Origin: Curvularia clavata
Taxonomy: Eukaryota
Direction of reading: 5' to 3'
Assembly (NCBI GenBank): GCA_023920165.1
Contig: CP089281.1
Coordinates: forward strand, 1-64,000
Length of the DNA: 64,000 bases
In this document: one piece after another, positions 62,583 to 64,000 of the stretch
Numbering within the stretch: the stretch's first letter is position 1
Layout of the letters: the number at the start of each line of letters is the position of its first letter
Notes under the pieces: model-generated
Seen by the model: only the letters and a program-made list of their open reading frames with translations
What the model was told of the DNA's origin: nothing
Databases searched by the model: none
Program-made: the position numbers and the translations under genes

Positions 62583-63479
62583 TGGAATGAAGATCAATAT
62601 ATTTCAAAAGTTAGCAGTAAACTGTCCATAAGTAATTACAAAGTCTCGGATGACTTGAGACCATATCTGACAATTGTCTGTCTGGATGTGGCGACATAGG
62701 AACCCGAACGCGGCGGCATGCCGGTTTTTTGCCTTCTTAGATTTGAGAATATGTAATGGTGGCCACATATATGAGCGTATCAAATTAGATAGTCAATAAT
62801 CTAAATATTGTGAACAGCATTAGCTTATCTTAACCCTCGCAAATGGTAAACACATTTATCCAATTATAGCCAAGATCTGAAAAGATGACATTTTCTACTG
62901 CGAGCTAACTTCTAAGGCGTAAAATATGCTGTTGATATGCTACAAGATTGCGGCAACGTATAGCCCAATTAGAAGTCAAATGAGATACACCTATATCTTA
63001 TATCTACTATTACAACAGTTAACTACTAGTATGTTGTTAGTTACACATGAGATCGATATGTTCGTAGATGCAATTACTATCCTTAAGAAACCCCGAAGAA
63101 CCATCGCTCCGTGGGATGAGACTCTTGTATCTATTCCTAAGTTTGCAGAGCCGGAAGAGAAACAGCCTATACTTGCTCCATCCTCCAAGGATGAGTCGCC
63201 GAGAAAGAAGCTATGGAAGAAAGAGAAGAGGACTCGGATGCACGCCAGAGCCTTCCGCAACAGTAATGCCCCTACCCATTCCAGAAGACAATGTTGAGCG
63301 CGCTAAGCCTTTCAGTGAAGCCTTGTCTGAGCAGCAAGGGCTTGTTCAAGATCCAAAATCAGCACCATAAATAGACAACAGAATAGAAAACCCAAATATA
63401 GAGCTAGCCGAACCCGCCTCAGGGCAGACAAATTTGAAAAAATATGAAATTCACTATCTCGTCTCGTCTCGCCACTTGA

Positions 63480-63900
63480 TACTAGCTTCGCCATAGTTTA
63501 GGCGCACGTCAACAAGAGAAGGGTTTATTAAATTCTCAAAAGACTCATTAGACGGACAGTAACATATAGAAGCTAACGATTGGGACGAAGAAGCCCTCCT
63601 CGTTCTTCTTAACATCTTTCACGTCCAAATACACCGGATCCCAGTAATTGTCGGCTTGGAGATGCTCGCAAGTCTTGTCGATTACTACGAGCTCGACAAC
63701 GCAGAGGCGATGGAGCGTGATGCCAAGGACTGTATTTCTAATGTGAGGCGTAAACCCCCGATTTTATTTTCTTATTGCCGCGACCTCATTTGGTGGATCG
63801 GCGTTTCTCGAGTGTTTTACATGAGCGAAGAATTCGAGAAAGCGATGACTGTGGCAATCTAAGAAAGTAAGGGCCGGATTAAAATCTTAGAATTGACGTT
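63480..63900 (+). pseudogene. BTB/POZ protein remnant
   Basis: DWDEEALLVLLNIFH..LEMLASLVDYYE flanked by stops. Confidence 0.6.
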
Positions 63901-64000
63901 CTACCATTAGATCACATGTAAGCTCTTGGCTTGCCTCAATATAGATTCTAATTGATAACTCTGGTTAGTTATTATCGACCGCAGTCGATGCAATCCCTTT

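Overview
Left chromosome end of a filamentous ascomycete; the RIP signature and gene style suggest a Dothideomycete/Pleosporales-like fungus (inference). Bases 1-54 are an untrimmed Oxford Nanopore adapter plus barcode, followed by 20 telomeric AACCCT repeats joined directly to a 5'-truncated, RIP-mutated Ty3/gypsy pol. An intact, un-RIPed chromovirus (identical 209-bp LTRs, ATTAC TSD) is nested in it and carries a four-exon antisense gene. Next come a RIPed beta-tubulin fragment, endosulfine and bHLH genes and a RIPed DUF3435 (Starship captain-like) recombinase pointing toward the telomere. A nest of RIPed Tc1, pogo, copia, hAT and MITE elements surrounds intact MFS and NmrA-like genes, followed by LysM-WSC and GH115 genes. 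The most notable feature is a compact, RIP-inactivated four-gene cluster at 55.6-59.2 kb: AAA_28-type P-loop kinase, viperin (RSAD2), NMP kinase and CYTH triphosphatase. It is a candidate fungal ddh-nucleotide antiviral pathway, with an RNase III-like pseudogene nearby. All family assignments come from motif recognition by eye; no database search was run.
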